From positions 4,021-68,020 of the forward strand of contig JAUVAU010000005.1 in assembly GCA_030591565.1 (NCBI GenBank): a stretch of 64,000 bases of DNA, read 5' to 3'. Made by a program: the position numbers and the translations under genes. The stretch is from Deltaproteobacteria bacterium. GTDB lineage: Bacteria; Desulfobacterota; Deferrisomatia; Deferrisomatales; BM512. Below are positions 28,249 to 37,100 of the stretch, in pieces (positions within the stretch are counted from its first letter, which is position 1; the number at the start of each line of letters is the position of its first letter). The notes under the pieces are model-generated. The model worked only from the letters and a program-made list of their open reading frames with translations. It was not told the DNA's origin and did not search any database.

Positions 28249-29551
28249 AGCGCGGCTCCAGAGGCTGTGCGGATGCCTGCGGGTCCAGAGCTGCCTTGGT
28301 GGCGTTAATCATCAGCCTAAACTCCCGGTACTTCGTATCGGTCAGTTCGCGCGCCTTCACAAGGCGGTCGAAGACTTCTGTGGAATGCGAAAACAACAAC
28401 CCCACCAAGCGCGCATCAATGCCCCCTTCATCGGACAAATTGAGCATAATTGAACGCGCCTCCTCCAAATCCAGCCCTTTGCGGTACGGGCGGTCCTCCA
28501 CCAAAGCCGTGAAGATATCGGCGACGGCCATTATCCTGGAGCCGAGCGGTAGCTGGGCGCCTGAGAGGTGGAAAGGGTAGCCATTCCCGTCCAGCCTCTC
28601 ATGGTGGAAAGCGGCCCAGTCATGCAAAGGCCCCAGGCTCTTGATCTGTCCGAGGATATCCGCCGTGTGAAACGCATGGGTATTCATCAGGAGGCGTTCA
28701 GCGGGGTCAAGTTTTCCGTCCTTGTTCAAGATGTCTAGCGGCACGATCAATTTGCCTATGTCATGCAGATTCCCGGCGACACGCATTATGGCCAACTCGT
28801 TTTCCGAGTAGCCGTTGTACGCTGCAAGCGTCTCGGCAATTTCACCGACGCAGTAGGAGTGGCTGGAGGTGAATTGGCACCTGAAGTCGATGATGACCCG
28901 AAAAAGGTCCGATAACGCCAGCAATTGCTCATTATTCAATTCGATGTTGTAAGACGATTCCGGATCGACCCGCGAAAAAAAGGAGTCGATATTTTTCAGA
29001 TAGAGCCAGAACACCTCTTTTCTCGCCATATGGCGAAAAACCTGGACCAACTCCGGCATGAACCGCCCGCCCTCGTGGTCGCTGATGCGTTTCAATATAG
29101 AGGGCACCTGGCTGAGAACGCACTGGTCGTAATCAACGAGGATCGCAATGCGATCGGCCAGATGCACTATATGCGAAGCCAGGGGTATGTCCTCACTACG
29201 CGTTTCGGCCCAGTGGGCGTGGTGGTGCCGCACTATTTTCGCCACTTGGGCCAACGGCTGGAAATCTTTCAGAAGGTGAAAACCGACCTCTGCGTGGCCC
29301 TGCAAATGTATGCTGCTCGCTTCAAAGTCGACAAGGTTCTTCGTATCTTCCAGCGCCCCGCTGTCGTGCACCAGGCCGGCGACAAAAACCTCGCTTTGTC
29401 CTTCTTTGCTCAATCCTGCCTCTCGCGCCAATCGTAAAGCGATGTAGGCAACCCGCCTGTGGTGTCCCGCAAGCTCAGGGCTGACCAAGTCGATCCCTTT
29501 TGACAGAGCGATAAGCAGATCAAGCATGTTGATGCGAAGGTTTAAAAACAT
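28241..29551 (-). CDS. HD-GYP domain protein (tandem HD domains; putative c-di-GMP phosphodiesterase)
   Basis: First HD 'HHRRVAYIALRLA...GLVHDSGA'. Second HD-GYP 'HSYCVGEIA...NLHDIGKLIVP...HHERLDGNGYP'. Start set at ATG 29551; the track ORF begins at GTG 29611. 8-nt overlap with the kinase gene. Confidence 0.85.
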   Translation of the reverse strand: MFLNLRINMLDLLIALSKGIDLVSPELAGHHRRVAYIALRLAREAGLSKEGQSEVFVAGLVHDSGALEDTKNLVDFEASSIHLQGHAEVGFHLLKDFQPLAQVAKIVRHHHAHWAETRSEDIPLASHIVHLADRIAILVDYDQCVLSQVPSILKRISDHEGGRFMPELVQVFRHMARKEVFWLYLKNIDSFFSRVDPESSYNIELNNEQLLALSDLFRVIIDFRCQFTSSHSYCVGEIAETLAAYNGYSENELAIMRVAGNLHDIGKLIVPLDILNKDGKLDPAERLLMNTHAFHTADILGQIKSLGPLHDWAAFHHERLDGNGYPFHLSGAQLPLGSRIMAVADIFTALVEDRPYRKGLDLEEARSIMLNLSDEGGIDARLVGLLFSHSTEVFDRLVKARELTDTKYREFRLMINATKAALDPQASAQPLEPRYG

Positions 29552-29645
29552 AACAATCCCTACCCACGACCCACCCGTGCTACGGGAGTCGCAAAATGCA
29601 CGTCGCACCACCTACGGGCCGGCTATGCAACGATGACCGAAATAC

Positions 29646-30389
29646 TTACAGGGGAAAGGAATCTCCCATCAGATCGACGCCGCAAGTTATGCTGTCGATC
29701 CAATCGATGAATTTGGCCGAAAGTTCACGGGTGGGAAACACCGCACCATGTTGAGGAGCGATGATGTCGACATCGAGCTGTCGGACGGTGTTCACCCACA
29801 TCTTCAAGGCCTTGGTTGTGGGGATGTATCGCTGGTGGAACCCTTCCATGTACTGGATATGGCTCTCAAAGTCCTCGACCACGGGATAGCTGTTGCCCAA
29901 TGAGGCACCCAGGTCGCCGGTGTAGAGAACCTTCGAGATGGGATCGTAGACCTGAAAATTTCCCGACGAGTGCAGGAAGTGGGCCGGAACGAATTTTACC
30001 GGGTTTTGCCCTACCTGGACGCTCATGCCTTCGTCGGGGATCGGCGTAATGCGATCCTGCACGAGCTCGTCCACACCGAAATGGGGTATAAAGCGCATCC
30101 AAAGCGCAGAGAGGTAGGCATCGGCGTCGGTCATCATGAGCCATCCGTTGGCCGCCGCGATGATGTCGGGATCCTGGTGGGAGAAAAAGATGTGCTTGAT
30201 TCCGTTGACGGGGAACCTGACGGCTACTTCCGCGTAAAGCTTCGTATGCACCTTGTGCCCGCCCGGATCGAGGATCATCGTCTCACCGTTATCGACGATC
30301 AGGTGCTGGTTCGCCTGCACCATGTGTCCTGAACTCAAGTCGTTAAACCAGACATTTTTGTGATTTTCAGATTCGAACAAAGTTATCAT
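29646..30389 (-). CDS. metallo-beta-lactamase-fold di-iron domain protein (flavodiiron N-domain / ODP-like)
   Basis: 247 aa. 'FFSHQDPDI' (variant of HxExDH), 'PAHFLHSSG', 'LYTGDLGAS' and 'IIAPQHGAVF' line up with di-iron ligand positions of flavodiiron/ODP-type MBL domains. No flavodoxin domain. Confidence 0.65.
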   Translation of the reverse strand: MITLFESENHKNVWFNDLSSGHMVQANQHLIVDNGETMILDPGGHKVHTKLYAEVAVRFPVNGIKHIFFSHQDPDIIAAANGWLMMTDADAYLSALWMRFIPHFGVDELVQDRITPIPDEGMSVQVGQNPVKFVPAHFLHSSGNFQVYDPISKVLYTGDLGASLGNSYPVVEDFESHIQYMEGFHQRYIPTTKALKMWVNTVRQLDVDIIAPQHGAVFPTRELSAKFIDWIDSITCGVDLMGDSFPL

Positions 30390-30467
30390 TACAGCACCTC
30401 AAAGAAAAATGGCAGCGCCTCGCGGCGGCCGTAAACATAGTTTTCCGAACGTTTGCAAATCAAAGAT

Positions 30468-30839
30468 TTACAGATCCAGGATGGATTTCACCTTTTCCGC
30501 TGCACGTGACAGATCGAGGAAGATAAGGCCGAGCTTGGCCTGCTCACCCACGATGGTCACCAGTACGGCGTGGGCGCCGGCATGGACGGTGATGATGTAC
30601 CCGGAATCGCCTTTGAGGAAAAGCTGCTGGAGTTTGCCTCTGCCCAACTCCATTGCGGCGCGGTCGCCCATGGAGATCATGGCGGCGCACATGGCGGCCA
30701 CTCTCGCCTCCTCGATATTTTGGGAGAGGGAGCTTGCTATGATGAGGCCATCCTCCGAGACGACGGCGCTGGCTTCTATATCTCCGGAACTCAACTGGAG
30801 TTCCGAAAGCGCCTTATTGAGATCCTCAGTCCTTGACAT
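30468..30839 (-). CDS. Roadblock/LC7 domain protein
   Basis: 123 aa; 'IEASAVVSEDGLIIASSLSQNIEEARVAAMCAAMISMGDRAAMELGRG'. AAGGAG RBS. Confidence 0.8.
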   Translation of the reverse strand: MSRTEDLNKALSELQLSSGDIEASAVVSEDGLIIASSLSQNIEEARVAAMCAAMISMGDRAAMELGRGKLQQLFLKGDSGYIITVHAGAHAVLVTIVGEQAKLGLIFLDLSRAAEKVKSILDL

Positions 30840-31004
30840 GAATTTTCTCCTTAATCGTTAACGGGCTATTGTTGACCAATCCTGTAAGAGTACTCAAAAA
30901 CAGGTCATTACTGACTATTTTCGTTATATTTGGCATTTAATATATATTATGTGGTACTCTCGTCAAAATGAAAAATTTTCCTGTTGCTATAACCGGAGTT
31001 CATA

Positions 31005-31934
31005 GTGGTCGAAAAAAAGCACCTGCAGCAATTGCTCGAAATTGTCGAGAAGGGTAGCTTCACCAAGGCCGCGAGCGCCCTGTACATGACGCAGGCCGCT
31101 CTCTCCAAAAGCATCAAAGCCCTTGAGGACAAGCTTGGTTGCGTTCTGCTTGCGCGCACGCCCCGCAATGTTGTCCCCACGCCGTACGGTGAAATTCTGC
31201 TCGCCGCCGCAAGGCAAGTCCTGCCCGTGATCAGCGCGGCTCAAATAGAGTTGGAGATTCTCAAGAGTTCAGAGCTGGGGAGGATCGCGGTTGGCTGCAT
31301 TCCCTGTTTTTCCGAAGTGCTTTTAGCGCCAGCCATCAGCGCGATGCTCAAATCAAACCCGAATTTACAATGCACCATCAACACGAACTCGTGGGAGACT
31401 TTGGAGGATGACCTCGTAAATCGTCGCATCCACCTGCATGTGGGCGCCCCCCTGGTAAACCCGCATCCATCGATCAAGCACATCGAGATACCGCTCTCCC
31501 GTATTTTATATTTCATACGACCCGGCCACCCGATATTCGAATTGGAAAATACTACCCTCAATGAAGCGCAGGGGTATCCTTTCATAAAGCTGAAATCGCA
31601 GACCTTTCAGGCCTTCTCAGGTGGTTTTGAGTCGACTTCAGAATCTTCCCCCCCTTTTTTCTCGGTGGAGTGCAATGATTTTGGAACCGTCAAACGAATT
31701 GTGGAGACAACAGATTCGGTGGGGTCTTGCCTGGAAATGATGCTGAGCGAAGATTTGCGCTCCGGTCGCTTCATGGAAATACCACCGGCGCTGGCAGGCA
31801 GCTATCTGTGGGCTGCCGCCTATATCGCCTATTGGGATGACCCGCCGTTGGGGCGCATGGTTCAAAATTTGATTGGTGAACTTCTCAACGTGGCCGGCAA
31901 TTGGCCGTCTAAGACAGATGATCACAGCGACTAG
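31005..31934 (+). CDS. LysR-family transcriptional regulator
   Basis: HTH 'SFTKAASALYMTQAALSKSIKALEDKLG' plus a substrate-binding domain. Divergent from the signalling operon. GTG start. Confidence 0.9.
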   Translation: MVEKKHLQQLLEIVEKGSFTKAASALYMTQAALSKSIKALEDKLGCVLLARTPRNVVPTPYGEILLAAARQVLPVISAAQIELEILKSSELGRIAVGCIPCFSEVLLAPAISAMLKSNPNLQCTINTNSWETLEDDLVNRRIHLHVGAPLVNPHPSIKHIEIPLSRILYFIRPGHPIFELENTTLNEAQGYPFIKLKSQTFQAFSGGFESTSESSPPFFSVECNDFGTVKRIVETTDSVGSCLEMMLSEDLRSGRFMEIPPALAGSYLWAAAYIAYWDDPPLGRMVQNLIGELLNVAGNWPSKTDDHSD

Positions 31935-32117
31935 ACAAAAGACCGGTTGCCTAAGGGAACTCCAAGGCAGGCGCCAATGAAGGATGGGTTGGTCAGGGCA
32001 TTGAGAAGTCTGCCAAGCGAGAGTGGGTACGTCCTACCCCGGAGTCGATGCTGGAAGGGCTGACCGCGCCTCTGCATCCCGGCGCAAAGAAGTATTTTTT
32101 GCAACGCCTATTCCAGT

Positions 32118-33446
32118 TCAGGCCACCCGGCCTTTCTTCTCCACCACATCTTCGGGGCGGTTTTGCAGGATGGTCAGGTCGTAGTCATTGGCTCCGACGT
32201 TACCGTAGGCTTCCAGCCCTTCGCTCACGCATTTGGGGCATGCGCCCAGGGGAATTTGAACCAGAAACATCTTCTCGCCCCGTCCGGCGTCGGACTCCAG
32301 CGTCACCATCCCCGCGCACTCTTTGCAAAGGGTGACCCGCTCAAACTGCTCTTCGCTTATGCCCGCCTCGTCGTGGAAGAGGGTGCGGCTCTCCGTGTGA
32401 TGGGATTTATCGCCAAACTCCTTGGCCGCCAGTTCATCCCTGTGTTTGTAGCGCACCACCATCAGCTCGCAGAGTTTCTTGAGGTACTCGCCGGTCTTGT
32501 CATCCATGCCTCGCACGCCGGGGTGAAAGTCGGGTTCAACGAGATGGCCCGTGTCCATCCCTGCAAGCGCCATCAATATCCCCGTGTTCACGTAGGGGAG
32601 CGCCGATTGCACCGAGTAGCCACCCTCCAGCACCGCGATGTGGGGGTTGAGCTTCCGGGTTATCTCGGCGTACCCCTGGGCGGTGACCGACATGTTGGTG
32701 ATCGGGTCGGTGAAATGGTTGTCCTGCCCCGCCGAGTTGATTATCAGGTCCGGCTTCCAGTCGTCGAGCACCGGCAGGACGAAGTTGTCCAGCACGTAGT
32801 GGTACGCCTCGTCGGTGGAGTTGGGTGGCAGCGGTATGTTCAGCGTGGTTCCATAACCGTTGGGACCGCCAAACTCCGAGGGGAAGCCGCTGCCGGGGTA
32901 GAGGGTCCGGCCATCCTGATGGAGCGAGATGAAGAGCGTGTTGGGGTCGTTCCAGTAGATATCCTGGGTGCCGTCGCCGTGGTGGCAGTCGGTGTCCACT
33001 ATCGCCACGCGCAGGTTACGGTAATGGCGGCGAATGTACTCGATCATCACCGCTTCGATATTGACGATGCAAAAGCCCCTGAGACCCCTGACCACCCTGG
33101 TGGCATGGTGTCCGGGCGGGCGCACCAGCGCGAAGCTGGACTCCACCTCGCCATCCATTACTGCTTTGGCCGCGGCTATTGCGCCGCCGGCCGAGACTTG
33201 ATGGGAGGGGCCGGCGAGGGAGGGTGCGTCGGGAAAGCAGGCGTGGACCCGGTCGAAGTCCTCTTCGGTCGCTAGCAACGGTGCGTATTCGCGTATCCCC
33301 TCCACGTCCATCAACCCCTCTTCAAAGATCTGGTCGCGGGTGTACAAGAGCCGCTCTTCCCGCTCGGGATGGGTGGGGCTGATCGACCAGTCGAAGGCTG
33401 GGAAGAAGACTATGCCGGTGCGTTTGAGTGCTTTGGGTAATTGCAT
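32118..33446 (-). CDS. histone deacetylase-family (acetoin utilisation/acetylpolyamine amidohydrolase-like) protein with C-terminal Cys4 extension
   Basis: 'VRPPGHHA', 'DTDCHHGDGTQDIYW', 'LEGGYS'. C-terminal 'CKECAG...CPKC' zinc-ribbon-like tail. Confidence 0.85.
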   Translation of the reverse strand: MQLPKALKRTGIVFFPAFDWSISPTHPEREERLLYTRDQIFEEGLMDVEGIREYAPLLATEEDFDRVHACFPDAPSLAGPSHQVSAGGAIAAAKAVMDGEVESSFALVRPPGHHATRVVRGLRGFCIVNIEAVMIEYIRRHYRNLRVAIVDTDCHHGDGTQDIYWNDPNTLFISLHQDGRTLYPGSGFPSEFGGPNGYGTTLNIPLPPNSTDEAYHYVLDNFVLPVLDDWKPDLIINSAGQDNHFTDPITNMSVTAQGYAEITRKLNPHIAVLEGGYSVQSALPYVNTGILMALAGMDTGHLVEPDFHPGVRGMDDKTGEYLKKLCELMVVRYKHRDELAAKEFGDKSHHTESRTLFHDEAGISEEQFERVTLCKECAGMVTLESDAGRGEKMFLVQIPLGACPKCVSEGLEAYGNVGANDYDLTILQNRPEDVVEKKGRVA

Positions 33447-33468
33447 GGTTATCCTATTTAAACCCGGC

Positions 33469-35136
33469 CTATTCTTTGACCCGACAAAGGATGGAGGGGC
33501 GCACCTTCAGCCGTAGCCTGTGAATGGCCCCGGCGAAGCTGTGACCCTCGACGATCCTGAAGGATTCCGACTCGGTCGCGTCGGTCTGGTACTCCTCCCC
33601 AAGCTGATCCGCCCTTGCGGCCAGGGTGGAAAGGGCTGCATCTGCCTCCCGCTCCAGATCTTCCATGGAGAAAGTGCGGTCGATACTCTCCTGAATCCCC
33701 GCTTCGGGGATCGTCATTGTACCCGTTGCGGTGTCCGCCACCGCGTTGACCTCAAGGTTCAAACCCGCCACAGCCGCGCCGATGGCGTTGGCCACGTCAT
33801 AGTTGGCGGGCACGTCGGTCTTGATCCCCAGAGCTTCTGAAAGATAGGGAGAGATCGCCTTGCCCGGCGCTCCCACCACCACCGCCCTCTGGGGCGCTAC
33901 CTTGTGGTCGTCGAGCATCTCGTGGATCGTGTAGACGGGCCTTGCATTGATATCATTAATGAAAGCGGTGGCGGCGTCGGTGATGAGTTTACAGAGGGAG
34001 GCAACTGCGCTTGTGGCGAACTCCTCCACCGTCACTCCCAGCTCGGCGGCGAGGGGTGAGAGGGCTTCGCTGGCAATTTCTTTATTGCCTTCGGTCCTGC
34101 CCAGCACTATCAGCGCGTCGGTGGGGGTGGGGTTGGGGCCGCCAAAGGCCGCTGCCGGTCCGTAGCGGTTGGGGCCGACTATGATGCTGCCCTCGTGAAC
34201 CGTCAAAACCGAGTCGCCCCCGGCGGCGATGGAGCGGTTGTAGAGGGCGCGGATTTGAGTCTTGTATTTGCCGATGGTGGCCCCGTGGGGTTCAATGAGC
34301 GGCGCTCCCGATATGAAAATGGCGATATCGGTGGTGGTGCCGCCGATGTCGAAGGATACCGTCTCCTCCTCAAGCTGTTCGGTCGCCAGAACTCCCATGA
34401 TTGAAGCCGCCGGGCCGGAGAGGGAGGCCTCCGCCGGGTTGTCGAAATGGTCCGCAGACTGTGCGCCGCCATCGGCGCGCAGCAGGTATAGGGGGGCGTC
34501 AATGCCCATCCCCCGTACTGTCTGGGCCATCGCATCGACAAAGTTGGATTGAAGTCGCCATACCCCGGCACAGAGATACGCAGTGGCTGCGCGGCGCGGA
34601 AAATTCAGCGAACCGCTCAGACGGTGCGCGGCGCACACGTAGTCGAAGTCGTCCCGCGCCAGCGCTGTTATCTTCAGCTCATGGGCTGGGTTTCGCACCG
34701 CGAATTTGCCCGCGACGGACACAACTGCAACCCCCTTCAGCCGAAAGGCTTCCAGCTGACGCCGAATGGAGTCGGGGTCCAGGGGGATGAGCTCCTTGCC
34801 CCGGTGGTCCATCGCGCCGGTGACGACGCGGCAGAGGGGGTCGTCGGAGAGGAGGTTGGGGTCGATGCCAGGTCCTGCCATGAGGAGCATCCCCACCGGT
34901 TCGAGCCGGTCGGTGACGACCGCGTTGGTCACCAGCGTGGTGCTGAGCACTACCCTCGCTATCTCTTGGGGCGCGACCGTTTCAAGCAGTTGGCGTAGCG
35001 CTTGGCCGGAGCATTCCTTCAGGTCCGGGGTGGTGGTCACCTTGACCCTGGCGACCACTTTGGCGGTTTGCCGGTCGATGGCGACACCATCGCAGTGGGT
35101 GCCCCCCACGTCTACTCCAATTAGAATCGAACTCAT
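33469..35136 (-). CDS. hydantoinase/oxoprolinase-family (ASKHA-fold) protein
   Basis: 'ILIGVDVGGTHCDGV' and 'SFDIGGTTTDIA' phosphate-binding motifs, typical of HyuA-type proteins. Confidence 0.78.
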   Translation of the reverse strand: MSSILIGVDVGGTHCDGVAIDRQTAKVVARVKVTTTPDLKECSGQALRQLLETVAPQEIARVVLSTTLVTNAVVTDRLEPVGMLLMAGPGIDPNLLSDDPLCRVVTGAMDHRGKELIPLDPDSIRRQLEAFRLKGVAVVSVAGKFAVRNPAHELKITALARDDFDYVCAAHRLSGSLNFPRRAATAYLCAGVWRLQSNFVDAMAQTVRGMGIDAPLYLLRADGGAQSADHFDNPAEASLSGPAASIMGVLATEQLEEETVSFDIGGTTTDIAIFISGAPLIEPHGATIGKYKTQIRALYNRSIAAGGDSVLTVHEGSIIVGPNRYGPAAAFGGPNPTPTDALIVLGRTEGNKEIASEALSPLAAELGVTVEEFATSAVASLCKLITDAATAFINDINARPVYTIHEMLDDHKVAPQRAVVVGAPGKAISPYLSEALGIKTDVPANYDVANAIGAAVAGLNLEVNAVADTATGTMTIPEAGIQESIDRTFSMEDLEREADAALSTLAARADQLGEEYQTDATESESFRIVEGHSFAGAIHRLRLKVRPSILCRVKE

Positions 35137-36243
35137 CTATGAAGCCTTTCGGGAAGCCTTCCGGGCGAAATGGGGGACCCTGACCGCTGACTGGGGGCAA
35201 AGCTCCTGGCAGCAGTAGCAGCGAATGCAAGCTCTCTTGTCAATTTGCGGCGGCTGCTCGTCACTCAGGGCGGCGGCGGGGCACGCTTCAATGCATATCC
35301 TGCAGCCATTGCAAAGCGCCTTATCGAAGCGTGGGGCGGGGGAGATTGTGGAGCGCAACAGCCCCTTTACCGCACTGGGGACCAGCTGGAAATCGGTGGG
35401 GCTGCCCGGCGCTGGGGCAAAGGTCATCGGCTCGGCCTCGTCACCCACAACTTCTATCTCTGCCGGGTCGAGATATTCGCGCTCGACGGTGAGGCGCACC
35501 GTGGGCACCGATTCGGGGGTGAAGCCCGAGAGTCTGCACGCCTCCCAATCCAGCGCAGGCGCGTCCGCGCTCGCCATTATCATATTTCGACGGATCACCT
35601 CGCCGCTGCTGGGTCCGGCCCCCTCCATCGCGGCGATGCCGTCCAGCACCGTCAGGCAGGGGTCGAGTATCTTCCATATGTCAATTAAAAGCAGGGCGAA
35701 GGCATCGGAATCGCGGCCAACCCTGAAGTGCGCCTTGAGCTTTTTTGTGCCGGGGACGCAGCCGAAGAGGTTTTTGACCCCCAGCGTCAACCCCATCATC
35801 GTGTGGGTCTTCCACTTTGGGGCGTTCCAGACGTAACCGGCCTCCAGCGCGTCGCGGGAAAGCTCAATCGCCTTGAAGGTGCGCCCCTTGCGGGTGAGGT
35901 TGGGACCGCTTCCGAGGTCGAGAATCTCGACACCGTTGCGCTTGCATACCTCGCCAATGCCACCGGCCCTGGCTACGCGGGCGGCGCTGGCGATTGCCGG
36001 GGAGTCGGCGACCACCGGCCTGGCGTTGTGGTCGCGTGCCAGCTGGATGAGCGCTTCTATTATGGCGGGGTGGGTCGTGACCGCTTGCTCGACCGTGTGC
36101 GACGCCAGCATGTTCGCTTTTATCATCACCGGCTCGCCCGTGGCGCAGAAGTTACCAGCGCCACCCACCAGCTCAACGGCCCGGTACACTGCCTCGCGGG
36201 CCTGGGCGTAGTCGTCACATATCACTCGTGAAACAAGGGGCAT
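35137..36243 (-). CDS. DUF362 domain protein with C-terminal 2x[4Fe-4S] ferredoxin motif
   Basis: 368 aa; 'CNGCRICIEACP' and 'CIRCYCCQELCP'. The N-terminal ~300 aa fit DUF362. Confidence 0.72.
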   Translation of the reverse strand: MPLVSRVICDDYAQAREAVYRAVELVGGAGNFCATGEPVMIKANMLASHTVEQAVTTHPAIIEALIQLARDHNARPVVADSPAIASAARVARAGGIGEVCKRNGVEILDLGSGPNLTRKGRTFKAIELSRDALEAGYVWNAPKWKTHTMMGLTLGVKNLFGCVPGTKKLKAHFRVGRDSDAFALLLIDIWKILDPCLTVLDGIAAMEGAGPSSGEVIRRNMIMASADAPALDWEACRLSGFTPESVPTVRLTVEREYLDPAEIEVVGDEAEPMTFAPAPGSPTDFQLVPSAVKGLLRSTISPAPRFDKALCNGCRICIEACPAAALSDEQPPQIDKRACIRCYCCQELCPQSAVRVPHFARKASRKAS

Positions 36244-37100
36244 CAGAGCTGCCCCATGAATTTGGTTGTCAGTTTCATGTAACCGTTTTGCAGACGTCTG
36301 GTCAGGAGGCCGGGTCCGCCCGAGCCGATTTTATCGCCATTGAGCTGGATCAGAGGAAATATCTCGATGACGGAGTTGGTGAGGAATGCCTCATCGCAAC
36401 CACAGAGGAATTCTCTGTCGAAGTCGGCCTCAAGCAGCTCGATTTCCAACTCGCGGCAGAGTTCGATGATGGTCGCCCGTGCAACTCCAGGCAAGCAGCC
36501 CGCGCTGAGCGGCGGGGTGTGCACGATGCCATCTTTGACGGCGAAGATATTGGTGGTGGCCCCCTCGACCAACTTTCCGTCGGTGTTTTCCAGGAGCGGC
36601 TCCACGCCTGTAGGGACCCTTGAGAAGGCGAGGGTGGAGGCGAGGTAGGAGGTGGTCTTGTGCGCCTGCAACGGCAACCCGGCTGCGCGTAGCGGCCACT
36701 CCAGCGTCTCGCCGGCCACGCCGTCATGTCGCTTGTGCTTGATCCCGGAGGGCAGCGACCTTGTGGTGATCAGAAGGGTTAAAGAGTTCGAGGGGCCGGG
36801 GCGCGGACCTTTGGGTGAAACGCCGGAGGTCAACGTGATACGCGCCGCCCCACGCTCATGTCCGTCGGCCTTGGCGAGCTTGGTGATGACTGTCTCGATA
36901 TCGTCATCGGGCACCCTGATGCCGAGAAAATCAGCGGAGCTGCGCAGCCGTTCCAGATGGGCATCGAGGTCGAAGGGTCGGTAGTTGTAGAGGCCGACCG
37001 TCTCAATCAACCCCTCTCCATAGAGAAGTCCGCGATCCGACGCTGATATCAGCGCGACATCTCTTTTTACAAAGCGACCGTTGATATATACCAGACTCAT
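36243..37100 (-). CDS. pabC: class IV aminotransferase-fold enzyme, probable aminodeoxychorismate lyase
   Basis: 285 aa; 'RGLLYGEGLIETV' and 'EGATTNIFAVKDGIVHTPPLSAGCLPGVARATIIE'. 4-nt overlap with pabB. Confidence 0.78.
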   Translation of the reverse strand: MSLVYINGRFVKRDVALISASDRGLLYGEGLIETVGLYNYRPFDLDAHLERLRSSADFLGIRVPDDDIETVITKLAKADGHERGAARITLTSGVSPKGPRPGPSNSLTLLITTRSLPSGIKHKRHDGVAGETLEWPLRAAGLPLQAHKTTSYLASTLAFSRVPTGVEPLLENTDGKLVEGATTNIFAVKDGIVHTPPLSAGCLPGVARATIIELCRELEIELLEADFDREFLCGCDEAFLTNSVIEIFPLIQLNGDKIGSGGPGLLTRRLQNGYMKLTTKFMGQL

